Shown: one piece after another, positions 1 through 7,754 of the stretch | Position numbering within the stretch: the first letter of the stretch is position 1 | Layout of the letters: every line of letters begins with the position of its first letter | Assembly: GCA_964523525.1 (NCBI GenBank) | Contig: CAZFYO010000002.1 | Coordinates: 133,038-197,037, forward strand | Source of the DNA: an uncultured Elusimicrobia bacterium | GTDB lineage: Bacteria > Elusimicrobiota > Elusimicrobia > 2-02-FULL-39-32 | Direction of reading: 5' to 3' | DNA: 64,000 nucleotides | Notes under the pieces: generated by a model | What the model was told of the DNA's origin: nothing | Seen by the model: only the letters and a program-made list of their open reading frames with translations | Database searches by the model: none | Made by a program: the position numbers and the translations under genes

Positions 1-152
1 TTCGCACCCCCATCGTCACGGCGCACGTCGCGACCGGCGCGTTCCTCCTGGGCTGCTCGTTTTTGCTGACGCTGATTTCTTATCCTCACGGCGCCCCCGG
101 CGCCGCCAAAACCGGAACGCTGTCGATGCTCCGTCCGCAGGGAGCCCAGTCA
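1..152 (+). CDS. 3' end of an upstream membrane protein gene (partial; possibly heme A synthase or another COX-associated membrane protein)
   Basis: Frame 3 is open from the window edge to TGA at 150-152 and encodes a hydrophobic C-terminus (…PIVTAHVATGAFLLGCSFLLTLISYPHGAPGAAKTG…). The stop overlaps the coxB ATG (ATGA). The assignment rests on context only. Confidence 0.3.
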
Positions 153-904
153 TGAACCTTTCCAACTACGGCTGGGGCCTGCCGGTCGCCGCTTCTTCTT
201 ACGCGGGCAAAATTGACGGCGCCCTGAACATACTGCACGCCGCCATGATCGTCATATTCGTTTTATGGGCCATCTATATGGCCTACTGCCTGGTCGTTTA
301 CCGCAAGGCCAAAACCCCGACGGCTGCCTATACGAAAGAACATTCGAAATGGGCGCTCCTCCCCGACTGGATCATCCTCGCTTTCGAAATCTGGCTGATA
401 TTCATCGTGGGAATTCCCATTTGGGCGCACATCCGCGAAGACCTGCCCAAGCCGGAAACCGCGACCGTGGTAAACCTCATCGCCGAGCAGTTCAGCTGGA
501 CGTTCCACTATCCCGGTCCGGACGGCAAGTTCGGCAAACAGGATTTGACCCTCATCAACTCCGATAACCCTGCGGGCCTCGTTGCCGACGACCCGGATGG
601 AAAGGACGACTTCATCAGCGTCAACGAGCTGCACGCCCCGATCGGCAAACCCATCCGCCTTGAGATGAGCTCTAAAGACGTCATCCACAGCTTTTTCGTT
701 CCCGAATTCCGCTCCAAACAGGACGTCGTGCCCGGCATGCGGATCCCCATGTGGTTCGAGCCGACCCTCACCGGCCGGTTCGAGATCGGCTGCGCCCAGC
801 TCTGCGGCACGGGCCACTTCAAGATGCGCGGCGACGTTTTCGTCACGACCCCGGAAGAGTACGATGCCTGGGTTCAAAAGCAACTCGCCGCAAAAGGAAT
901 CTAA
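152..904 (+). CDS. coxB: cytochrome c oxidase subunit II (CuA subunit, aa3-type; no fused cytochrome c domain)
   Basis: 250 aa with two N-terminal TM helices and the CuA motif HSFFVPEF…CAQLCGTGHFKM. A GGGAG RBS lies 7 nt upstream of the ATG. No CxxCH motif is present. Confidence 0.9.
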   Translation: MNLSNYGWGLPVAASSYAGKIDGALNILHAAMIVIFVLWAIYMAYCLVVYRKAKTPTAAYTKEHSKWALLPDWIILAFEIWLIFIVGIPIWAHIREDLPKPETATVVNLIAEQFSWTFHYPGPDGKFGKQDLTLINSDNPAGLVADDPDGKDDFISVNELHAPIGKPIRLEMSSKDVIHSFFVPEFRSKQDVVPGMRIPMWFEPTLTGRFEIGCAQLCGTGHFKMRGDVFVTTPEEYDAWVQKQLAAKGI

Positions 905-2625
905 TGTCCGAACACGCCCATCACCAAGACGAACCGTTTATCTGGAAATACGTTTTCTCGCTGGACCATAAGACGATCGGCATCCAGTATATGATCACCT
1001 CGCTGGTGTTCCTGCTCATCGGATTCTCGCTCGTCTTGCTCATGCGCTGGCAGTTGGCGTTCCCGGGCAGCCCCATTCCCATCATCGGCAATCTGCTGCC
1101 GAGCTTCGTCGCGGTCAACGGGGTCATGCACCCCGCCGCCTATAACTCGCTGGGCGCGATGCACGGAACCATCATGATATTCCTCGGCATCGTGCCGCTG
1201 GGCGTAGGCGCGTTCGGCAACTATTTCCTCCCGCTCCAGATCGGCGCGCCCGACATGGCGTTCCCGCGGCTTAACATGTCGTCCTACTGGGTTTACGCGG
1301 TCGGCGGCGTCCTGATGCTGCTCTCCTTCGTTCTTCCGGGCGGCGCCGCGCAGTCGGGCTGGACCTCCTACGCTCCGCTTTCCGTGATCTCCCCGGGCCA
1401 GACGACCTGGCTCATCGCCATGACGTTCCTTATTACGTCCTCGCTGCTCGGCTCCATAAATTTCATCGTGACGACGCTCAACATGCGCGTTTCGGGCCTC
1501 ACCTGGTCGCGCCTGCCGCTCTTCGTCTGGGCTCAGTTCATCACGGCGATTCTCCTGCTGTTCGCGTTCCCCGTGCTGCAGGCGGGCGCCTTCATGCAGC
1601 TGCTGGACCGCGTCGCCGGAACCAGCTTTTATATCCCGAAGGGCCTGATGGTCGGCGGCGTGATCATCGACCACGCGGGCGGCGGCAGCGCGCTGATGTG
1701 GCAGCACCTTTTCTGGTTCCTGGCGCATCCCGAAGTGTACGTGCTCCTGCTCCCGGCGATGGGCATCGTGGCCGAGATCCTCGCCAACGGAACGCGCAAG
1801 CCGCTTTTCGGCTACAAGGAAATCGCGGGCTCGTTCTCGTTCATCGCGTTCCTCTCCTTCGTGGTCTGGGCGCACCACATGTTCGTGAGCGGCATGAAGA
1901 CGTCGCTCAGTTATCTTTTTATGACGACCACCATGACGATTTCGATTCCGTCGGTCGCGATCCTCACGTGTTTCCTGCTCAGCCTGAAAGGCGCATCCAT
2001 TCGCTATCACGTACCCATGATGTTCGCGCTCGCGTTCCTGCCCATGTTCGGCATCGGCGGCCTCACGGGCCTGCCGCTCGGATTCACGCCCACCGACGTT
2101 TATCTGCACGATACTTATTATGTTATCGGCCATTTCCATTACGTCGTGGTCACGGGCACGCTCATCGCGCTCATGGGCGGCATCTACTACTGGTTTCCGA
2201 AGATGTTCGGCCGCTCCATGAACATGAAGTGGGGCAAAATCCATTTCTGGGGCACGCTGGTCACCATGAACGGAATTTTCTTCCCGATGTTCATCCAGGG
2301 AATGGCCGGCGTCCAGCGCCGGCTGTTTGACCCCACGGTGCAGGCGCACAATGTCATCGTGCAACCGCTGAATATTTTGATGACGTCCAGCGCGGCCCTG
2401 CTCCTGCTCTTCCAGATTCCCTTCATCGTGAACTTCTTCCACAGCATGTTCCACGGAGAGAAAGCCCCGGAAAACCCCTGGGACGCGACCACTCTCGAAT
2501 GGGCCTGCCCGTCGCCGCCGCTCCCGCACCAGAATTTCAAGACGGAACCCAAGGTTTACCGTGAACCTTACGAATACAGCGTGCCCGGGCACAAAACGGA
2601 CTTTTACCCTCAGCACCACCCATAA
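904..2625 (+). CDS. coxA: cytochrome c oxidase subunit I
   Basis: Starts at MSEHAHHQDEPFIW, and the ATG overlaps the coxB TAA by 1 nt. Polytopic, with canonical heme-copper oxidase motifs (WFLAHPEVYVLLLP, HHMFV, GHFHYVV). Confidence 0.92.
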   Translation: MSEHAHHQDEPFIWKYVFSLDHKTIGIQYMITSLVFLLIGFSLVLLMRWQLAFPGSPIPIIGNLLPSFVAVNGVMHPAAYNSLGAMHGTIMIFLGIVPLGVGAFGNYFLPLQIGAPDMAFPRLNMSSYWVYAVGGVLMLLSFVLPGGAAQSGWTSYAPLSVISPGQTTWLIAMTFLITSSLLGSINFIVTTLNMRVSGLTWSRLPLFVWAQFITAILLLFAFPVLQAGAFMQLLDRVAGTSFYIPKGLMVGGVIIDHAGGGSALMWQHLFWFLAHPEVYVLLLPAMGIVAEILANGTRKPLFGYKEIAGSFSFIAFLSFVVWAHHMFVSGMKTSLSYLFMTTTMTISIPSVAILTCFLLSLKGASIRYHVPMMFALAFLPMFGIGGLTGLPLGFTPTDVYLHDTYYVIGHFHYVVVTGTLIALMGGIYYWFPKMFGRSMNMKWGKIHFWGTLVTMNGIFFPMFIQGMAGVQRRLFDPTVQAHNVIVQPLNILMTSSAALLLLFQIPFIVNFFHSMFHGEKAPENPWDATTLEWACPSPPLPHQNFKTEPKVYREPYEYSVPGHKTDFYPQHHP

Positions 2626-2643
2626 TTAGGGACAGACACTATT

Positions 2644-3228
2644 ATGAATCTAATGATGAACAACGCGGACACTCATACGGGAATCCCCAGCGGAAAGCTG
2701 GGAATGTGGGTCTTTTTGGCGTCCGAAGTCATGCTCTTCGGCGGATTTATCAGCGCCTACGTCATCCTGCGGGCCGGCAGCGACTATTTTCCAATGCCGC
2801 CGCGCGAGATGCTGGGCGTTCCGCTCGCCACCCTCAACACGTTCGTGCTCATATCGAGCTCCGTCACCATGGTCCTGGCTCTGGACGCGATCCAAAAGGG
2901 CAACGTCGCGAAGCTCAAAAAGTTTCTGGCCGTCACCATCGCGCTCGCATGCTGCTTTTTGGCCATCAAATCCTACGAGTACCCGCATAAGTGGCACGAG
3001 GGAATCACGATTTCCAGCGGACTCTTCGGCTCCTTTTATTACACCATGACCGGCCTCCACATGCTGCACGTGCTGGGAGGCATCGGCTTCATCGGATACC
3101 TTTTGATGAGGGCGAACCAGGGACGCATCAACGAGAAGAATTACGCGCGGGTGGAATACGCCGGACTCTACTGGCACTTCGTCGATCTGGTCTGGGTCAT
3201 CCTCTTCCCCATCTTTTATTTGCTTTAA
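2644..3228 (+). CDS. coxC: cytochrome c oxidase subunit III
   Basis: 194 aa multi-TM protein with a typical COX3 C-terminal half (…GLYWHFVDLVWVILFPIFYLL). An AGGGA RBS lies upstream. Confidence 0.85.
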   Translation: MNLMMNNADTHTGIPSGKLGMWVFLASEVMLFGGFISAYVILRAGSDYFPMPPREMLGVPLATLNTFVLISSSVTMVLALDAIQKGNVAKLKKFLAVTIALACCFLAIKSYEYPHKWHEGITISSGLFGSFYYTMTGLHMLHVLGGIGFIGYLLMRANQGRINEKNYARVEYAGLYWHFVDLVWVILFPIFYLL

Positions 3229-3240
3229 TAAGGAATCACG

Positions 3241-3531
3241 ATGAACGGCGAAACGGCGAACCACGAAAGCCACACGAAAACCTACCTGACGATCTTCGGC
3301 ATTCTCATCCTTTTGACGGGTGCGACCGTCGGAGTTTCGTACATCCACATGGCGAGGCCGGCGGCGATCAGCGTGGGACTCCTCATTGCGGCGGTCAAAG
3401 TTTCGCTCATCGTTGCCTTCTTCATGCACATGAAACAGGAAGGCCGGATCATCCGGGGTCTCTTCCTCACCGCGTTCCTGCTCGTCATGGTCCTGCTTTT
3501 CTTCGTTCTGCCGGACCTGGGTTGGAAGTGA
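3241..3531 (+). CDS. cytochrome c oxidase subunit IV (prokaryotic CoxD/COX4_pro-like small subunit)
   Basis: 96 aa with three predicted TM helices, immediately downstream of coxC. The size and hydropathy fit bacterial subunit IV. Confidence 0.55.
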   Translation: MNGETANHESHTKTYLTIFGILILLTGATVGVSYIHMARPAAISVGLLIAAVKVSLIVAFFMHMKQEGRIIRGLFLTAFLLVMVLLFFVLPDLGWK

Positions 3532-3767
3532 TGGCCCGGATTTTTTTCCCGGCGGTCCTGTCGCTTCCTTTATTTTTCCCTTCGGCCGTTCTGGCCTGCT
3601 CGGTCTGCATGAAGGGCGCGACTCCCGACGCCCAGCGCGCGTACTTTTGGGGGATATTGATGCTCCTGTGCCTCCCATTCATTCTTTTCTCCATCATCGG
3701 AAGCAAAATCTTCCTCAGCATCCGCAAGAAGGCTCAGGGGTCCGGGTCGGGATCCCATGCCGTCTGA
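3531..3767 (+). CDS. small two-TM membrane protein with a CxxC motif (candidate oxidase assembly or Cu-handling factor)
   Basis: The ATG overlaps the subunit IV stop (TGATG). Encodes about 79 aa (MARIFFPAVLSLPLFFPSAVLACSVCMKG…) inside the 2991..3767 frame. No recognisable family. Confidence 0.35.
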   Translation: MARIFFPAVLSLPLFFPSAVLACSVCMKGATPDAQRAYFWGILMLLCLPFILFSIIGSKIFLSIRKKAQGSGSGSHAV

Positions 3768-4677
3768 AGTCCGTTCTCTCCCCTTCCTTTCCCGCGCCGG
3801 CGCTTTAAGTTTCGTCCAAAAATCCAAGGCCTACTTTTCGCTCGGCAAACCGGGCATCGCCTTTTCGGTCCTCATCACCACTTTCGCCGGCTACATGGCG
3901 GGGCTTTCCGTCCGGCCCGATGCGGCTTTTTCGCCCTCCACCCTGTTCCACACCCTCCTCGGGACGTTCTGCGTCTCGATGGGAGCGGGCGCGCTGAACA
4001 TGCTCCTGGAAAACGACAGCGACGCGCTCATGGACCGCACGAAAGACCGCCCCATCCCCTCGGGCAAAGTCCCGGCGCACCACGCGTTCCTGCTGGGCGG
4101 ATTCATCGCGAGTTTCGGCGTCGCGCACCTGGCGGCGACTTCCAACCTCCGCGCAGCCTTCGCGGCCGGCATCAGCCTGGTCCTGTATCTCGTTTTCTAC
4201 ACGCCCATGAAGAAATCCAGCCGCGCTTCCACCGCGGTGGGCGCCGTCGCGGGCGCTCTGCCCCCGATCATCGGATGGAACGCCGCGGGCGCCGCCTTCG
4301 GATGGAACGCCGCGTCCCTGTTCGCGATCCTCTTCCTCTGGCAGTTCCCGCACTTCCTGGCGCTTTTCTTTCTCTACCGCAGCGATTTTGCCCGCGCGGG
4401 AATCCGGACGCTCTTCCCTGCGGATGAAGACGGCCGCCGGACCGCGAAAGCCGTTCAGATTCTCTCCGTCGCTCTTGCCGCGCTCAGCGCTCTTCCCCTT
4501 GCGCTCGGCCTCGGAGGCCCGGCCTACGTCGGGGTCGCGTCCCTGCTGAACGGCTACCTGATCTTCTCGGCTTTCCGTTTCGCCCGAAAAAGCGACGCCT
4601 CCGGCGCCCGGCAATACTTTCTCGCCACCGTGATCTATCTGCCTCTGCTGTTCCTGGCCCTGGCGTTCCGGATCTAG
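3757..4677 (+). CDS. ctaB: protoheme IX farnesyltransferase (heme O synthase, UbiA family)
   Basis: 306 aa polytopic protein with a UbiA-type N-terminus (…LGKPGIAFSVLITTFAGYMAG…) and Asp-rich loop (NMLLENDSDALMDRTKDRP). Lies in a cox operon context. Confidence 0.85.
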   Translation: MPSEVRSLPFLSRAGALSFVQKSKAYFSLGKPGIAFSVLITTFAGYMAGLSVRPDAAFSPSTLFHTLLGTFCVSMGAGALNMLLENDSDALMDRTKDRPIPSGKVPAHHAFLLGGFIASFGVAHLAATSNLRAAFAAGISLVLYLVFYTPMKKSSRASTAVGAVAGALPPIIGWNAAGAAFGWNAASLFAILFLWQFPHFLALFFLYRSDFARAGIRTLFPADEDGRRTAKAVQILSVALAALSALPLALGLGGPAYVGVASLLNGYLIFSAFRFARKSDASGARQYFLATVIYLPLLFLALAFRI

Positions 4678-4693
4678 GCTGAAGGGGTCCGCC

Positions 4694-5626
4694 ATTTCAA
4701 GCGACAACGCCCTGGAAATCCAGAACCTCGTTCACAGCTATCCCGTGTCCAAAAAGCCCGCGCTGGACGGCGTTTCCTTTTCCGTCCGCCGCGGCGAAAT
4801 CTTCGGTTTGCTCGGCCCCAACGGCGGCGGCAAGACCACGCTTTTCAAAATCCTCTCGACCCTGCTCGTTCCGTCCTCGGGCCGAGCATCGCTGTTTGGG
4901 CAGGACGTACTCGCCGCTTCCGACGCGGTCCGCAAAAAAATCGGCGTGGTGTTCCAGTCGCCGAGCCTCGACGCCAAACTCACCGTCAAAGAAAACCTCG
5001 TCCACCAGGGCCACCTCTACGGATTATCGGGCAAGCCACTCGAATCCAAGATTCAGGAAACTCTGGCCGCCCTGGCGCTTTCGGACCGGCGGGACGACCG
5101 CGTGGAGATTCTCTCGGGCGGATTAAAACGGCGCGCGGAAATCGCCAAAGGGCTCCTGCACAACCCGGAACTGCTTTTGATGGACGAGCCCAGCACGGGA
5201 CTCGATCCCGGCGCGCGCAAAGACCTCTGGGACCTGCTCGCGGAGCTTAAAAAAAGCGGCATGACGATCTGCGTGACCACGCACCTGATGGAAGAAGCTG
5301 AAAAATGCGACCGCCTTGCGATTTTGAGCGAAGGAAAACTGGTCGCCCTGGACCGGCCCGAAACTTTGAAGGAAGAAATCGGCGGAGACGTGATCTGGAT
5401 CCAATCGGAGCGCGCCGAAGAGCTCGCGCGCAAAATCAAATCCGACCTCGGCGTGGACGCCCGCGCGATCGAAGGAGCGGTCCGGGTGGAAAAGGAGCGC
5501 GGCCACGAATTTCTGCCGCAGCTCGCGACCCGGTACGCCGCGGACATCCAGTCGCTGACGCTGGCCAAACCCTCGCTGGAAGACGTTTTCATCCGCAAAA
5601 CCGGCCACCGGTTCTGGAAAATATAA
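4694..5626 (+). CDS. ABC transporter ATP-binding protein (ABC-2 / NodI-NosF-like); the start codon is uncertain
   Basis: Walker A LLGPNGGGKTT, signature LSGGLKRR, Walker B LLLMDEP. The track starts at GTG 4745, but the conserved N-terminal strand (LEIQNLVHSY) lies upstream at about 4712, so the true start is roughly 4680-4710. No canonical start codon is visible there. Confidence 0.8.
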   Translation: MSSDNALEIQNLVHSYPVSKKPALDGVSFSVRRGEIFGLLGPNGGGKTTLFKILSTLLVPSSGRASLFGQDVLAASDAVRKKIGVVFQSPSLDAKLTVKENLVHQGHLYGLSGKPLESKIQETLAALALSDRRDDRVEILSGGLKRRAEIAKGLLHNPELLLMDEPSTGLDPGARKDLWDLLAELKKSGMTICVTTHLMEEAEKCDRLAILSEGKLVALDRPETLKEEIGGDVIWIQSERAEELARKIKSDLGVDARAIEGAVRVEKERGHEFLPQLATRYAADIQSLTLAKPSLEDVFIRKTGHRFWKI

Positions 5627-6384
5627 TGCTCGCCGCTTATACGCTTTGGAAAAGAGAGATCGTGCGGTTCTACCGCCAGAGGAGCCGCGTCGTCGGCGCG
5701 CTGGTGCCGCCCGTCCTTTTTTGGTTTCTCATCGGCTCCGGCATGGGGTCTTCGTTCCGCCACCCGTCGGACTGGAGCGTCAGCTATCTCCAGTACTTTT
5801 TTCCCGGCACCGTCATCATGGTGGTGCTGTTTACCGCGATTTTTTCGACCATTTCCGTCATCGAAGACCGGCGCGAAGGATTTCTGCAGTCCGTGATGGC
5901 CGCACCCGTGCCTCGTTCCAGCGTCGCTCTCGGCAAAATTCTGGGCGGATCCACGCTTGCTTTCATGCAAGGGCTACTTTTCCTGGCGCTGGCGCCCCTT
6001 CTGGGCCTGCGATTCCCCTTTTCTTCCGCGCTGTTCGCCGCGTTCGTGCTTTTTCTAATCGCCTTCGGCCTCACGGGCCTCGGTTTCGCCATCGCCTGGC
6101 GGATGGATTCGACCCAGGGGTTTCACGCGGTCATGAACCTTTTCCTGATGCCCATGTGGTTTCTGTCCGGAACGCTTTTTCCGCTGGACGGCGTGCCGGT
6201 CTGGCTCAAGGCCGTCATGCTCGTCAACCCGCTCACCTACGGCGTCGCCGCGCTCCGAGCCGCGCTTTTCCCCTCCGCTGCGCCGGAGTTCCCGACCGTA
6301 GTCTGCGTAACGGTGACGCTCTTCTTCTGCTGGCTGATGCTCACGCTCTCCATATTCCTCGTGCGCAAACCGCTGAACAAATGA
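5626..6384 (+). CDS. ABC-2 family transporter permease
   Basis: ATG at 5626 overlaps the ATPase TAA (TAATG). About 252 aa with six TM helices typical of ABC-2 permeases (MLAAYTLWKREIVRFYRQRSR…). Confidence 0.75.
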   Translation: MLAAYTLWKREIVRFYRQRSRVVGALVPPVLFWFLIGSGMGSSFRHPSDWSVSYLQYFFPGTVIMVVLFTAIFSTISVIEDRREGFLQSVMAAPVPRSSVALGKILGGSTLAFMQGLLFLALAPLLGLRFPFSSALFAAFVLFLIAFGLTGLGFAIAWRMDSTQGFHAVMNLFLMPMWFLSGTLFPLDGVPVWLKAVMLVNPLTYGVAALRAALFPSAAPEFPTVVCVTVTLFFCWLMLTLSIFLVRKPLNK

Positions 6385-7397
6385 TGCGAATGACGCTTTT
6401 TCTGGCGATAACGGCGGCGATCACCGCCTTTCCCGCCGGAACCGGTTTAAGCGCGGCTGAAACGCAAACCGCGGCAATTGAAACGCATGCGGATCTGCCC
6501 ACTTTCGCCCTCATCGACGCCGGCGGCAAACTCACGCAAAAAAAAGATCTGCTGGGCAAAGTCTGGCTCGCCAATTTCATATTCACCCGCTGCGAAGGCC
6601 CATGCCCCATGCTGACGGGACGGTTCAAGACCCTGCAGAACAGGATTCCGAAAGAAGCGATGCTGGTATCGTTCAGCGTCGATCCCGAATTCGACGCGCC
6701 GCCGGTGCTGGACTACTACGCCAAGGAACAGGGCGCCGAAGACGGTCGCTGGATTTTTCTGACCGGGTCGGCCGCGAACATCACGCACCTCATGGCCGAC
6801 GGATTCAAGCTCGCCTTCGACTCCGGCGATCCCGAAAACCCCGGCCCGACGCTGACCCATTCGACCAAATTTGCCGCGGTGGACGCTCAAGGGAGGGTGC
6901 GGCGCTACTTCGACGGCGACGATCCGGAGGACGTGCGCAAAATCCCGCTTTATCTGAAACGCCTCGCGCTCGAGCACAAGGCCCCCTGGGCCATTCCGCT
7001 GCCCGCGGTGAACGCGGCGCTCAACCTCGCAAGCGCCCTGCTTCTGCTCAGCGGGTACCGCTTCATCCGCGCGCAAAAGATCGCCGCGCACCGCTGGTCC
7101 ATGACCGGCGCTTTCATCGCTTCGATTTTATTTTTGATTTCCTACCTGGCGTATCACCAGGCTGCGGGTTCGGTGGGATATTCGGGGGAAGGATGGATGA
7201 GGAAACTCTACTTCACGATCCTGATTTCGCATTCGATACTGGCCGCGGTCATCGTGCCGATGGCCGTCACCACGATCTACTTCGCCTGGCGAGGCCGGTT
7301 CGAAAGCCACAAGAAGCTCGCCCGATGGACCCTGCCGGTCTGGCTATACGTTTCGGTGACCGGGGTCGTCATCTACCGGATGCTTTACGGCGGTTAA
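6383..7397 (+). CDS. SCO1/SenC copper chaperone (thioredoxin-like) fused to a C-terminal DUF420 (CtaM-like) four-TM domain
   Basis: The ATG overlaps the permease stop. N-terminal signal/TM, then an SCO-type CxxxC motif (FTRCEGPCPM) and a downstream conserved His (THSTKF). The C-terminal ~150 aa has four TM helices with a DUF420-like pattern (HRWSMTGAF…WLYVSVTGVVIYRMLYGG). The 5646..7397 track ORF is a spurious 5' extension of this gene. Confidence 0.65.
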
Positions 7398-7732
7398 GCT
7401 CCGGGTTCGGGCGGGGCGTTTTCTTCCGGCTTAAAATATTTATCGACGAGCGCAGGCAAATCCGCCGCCGTCACCCCGCGGTACCACACCTGTTCTCCCG
7501 TCTCCGTAAAAACCATGATGTTGGGCCCCTGCTTGCAGACGTCCATGCAGCCCGACTTCGCCACGCGAATTTTCCCCTTCAGCCCCAGATTCTTCATCTC
7601 TTCCCGCAACAGTTCCACCAGGTTTTCGCCCCGGTTCTCGCCATACTCTGCGTTCCCGCAGGAGGTCTCGCCGTCCCGCTGGTGCGTGCAGACGAACATC
7701 ATCTTCCGGTAGGGGATTTTGGATTGTTTCAT
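7394..7732 (-). CDS. thioredoxin-like [2Fe-2S] ferredoxin domain protein
   Basis: 112 aa with a four-Cys pattern of CTHQRDGETSC followed by CMDVC (C-x9-C … C-x3-C), typical of NuoE-like 2Fe-2S ferredoxins. Overlaps the end of the convergent SCO1 gene by 4 nt. Confidence 0.55.
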   Translation of the reverse strand: MKQSKIPYRKMMFVCTHQRDGETSCGNAEYGENRGENLVELLREEMKNLGLKGKIRVAKSGCMDVCKQGPNIMVFTETGEQVWYRGVTAADLPALVDKYFKPEENAPPEPGA

Positions 7733-7754
7733 CGGTTTATGGCCGCAGCGCCGC

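Noticed and set aside
901-2619. 572-aa minus-strand ORF
   Set aside because: It is antisense to coxA, whose heme-copper oxidase motifs are unambiguous. The translation is Arg/Glu/Asp-rich nonsense.
2650-3678. 342-aa minus-strand ORF and the 2991..3767 plus-frame ORF
   Set aside because: Both are antisense to or out of frame with coxC and subunit IV. Only the final 79 codons of the 2991..3767 frame are a candidate gene.
5646-7397. 583-aa plus-strand ORF that seems to span the permease region and SCO1
   Set aside because: Only the last ~338 aa (from ATG 6383) are real, and they form the SCO1-DUF420 gene. The upstream part is an alternative frame of the ABC permease gene with an Arg/Pro-rich translation.
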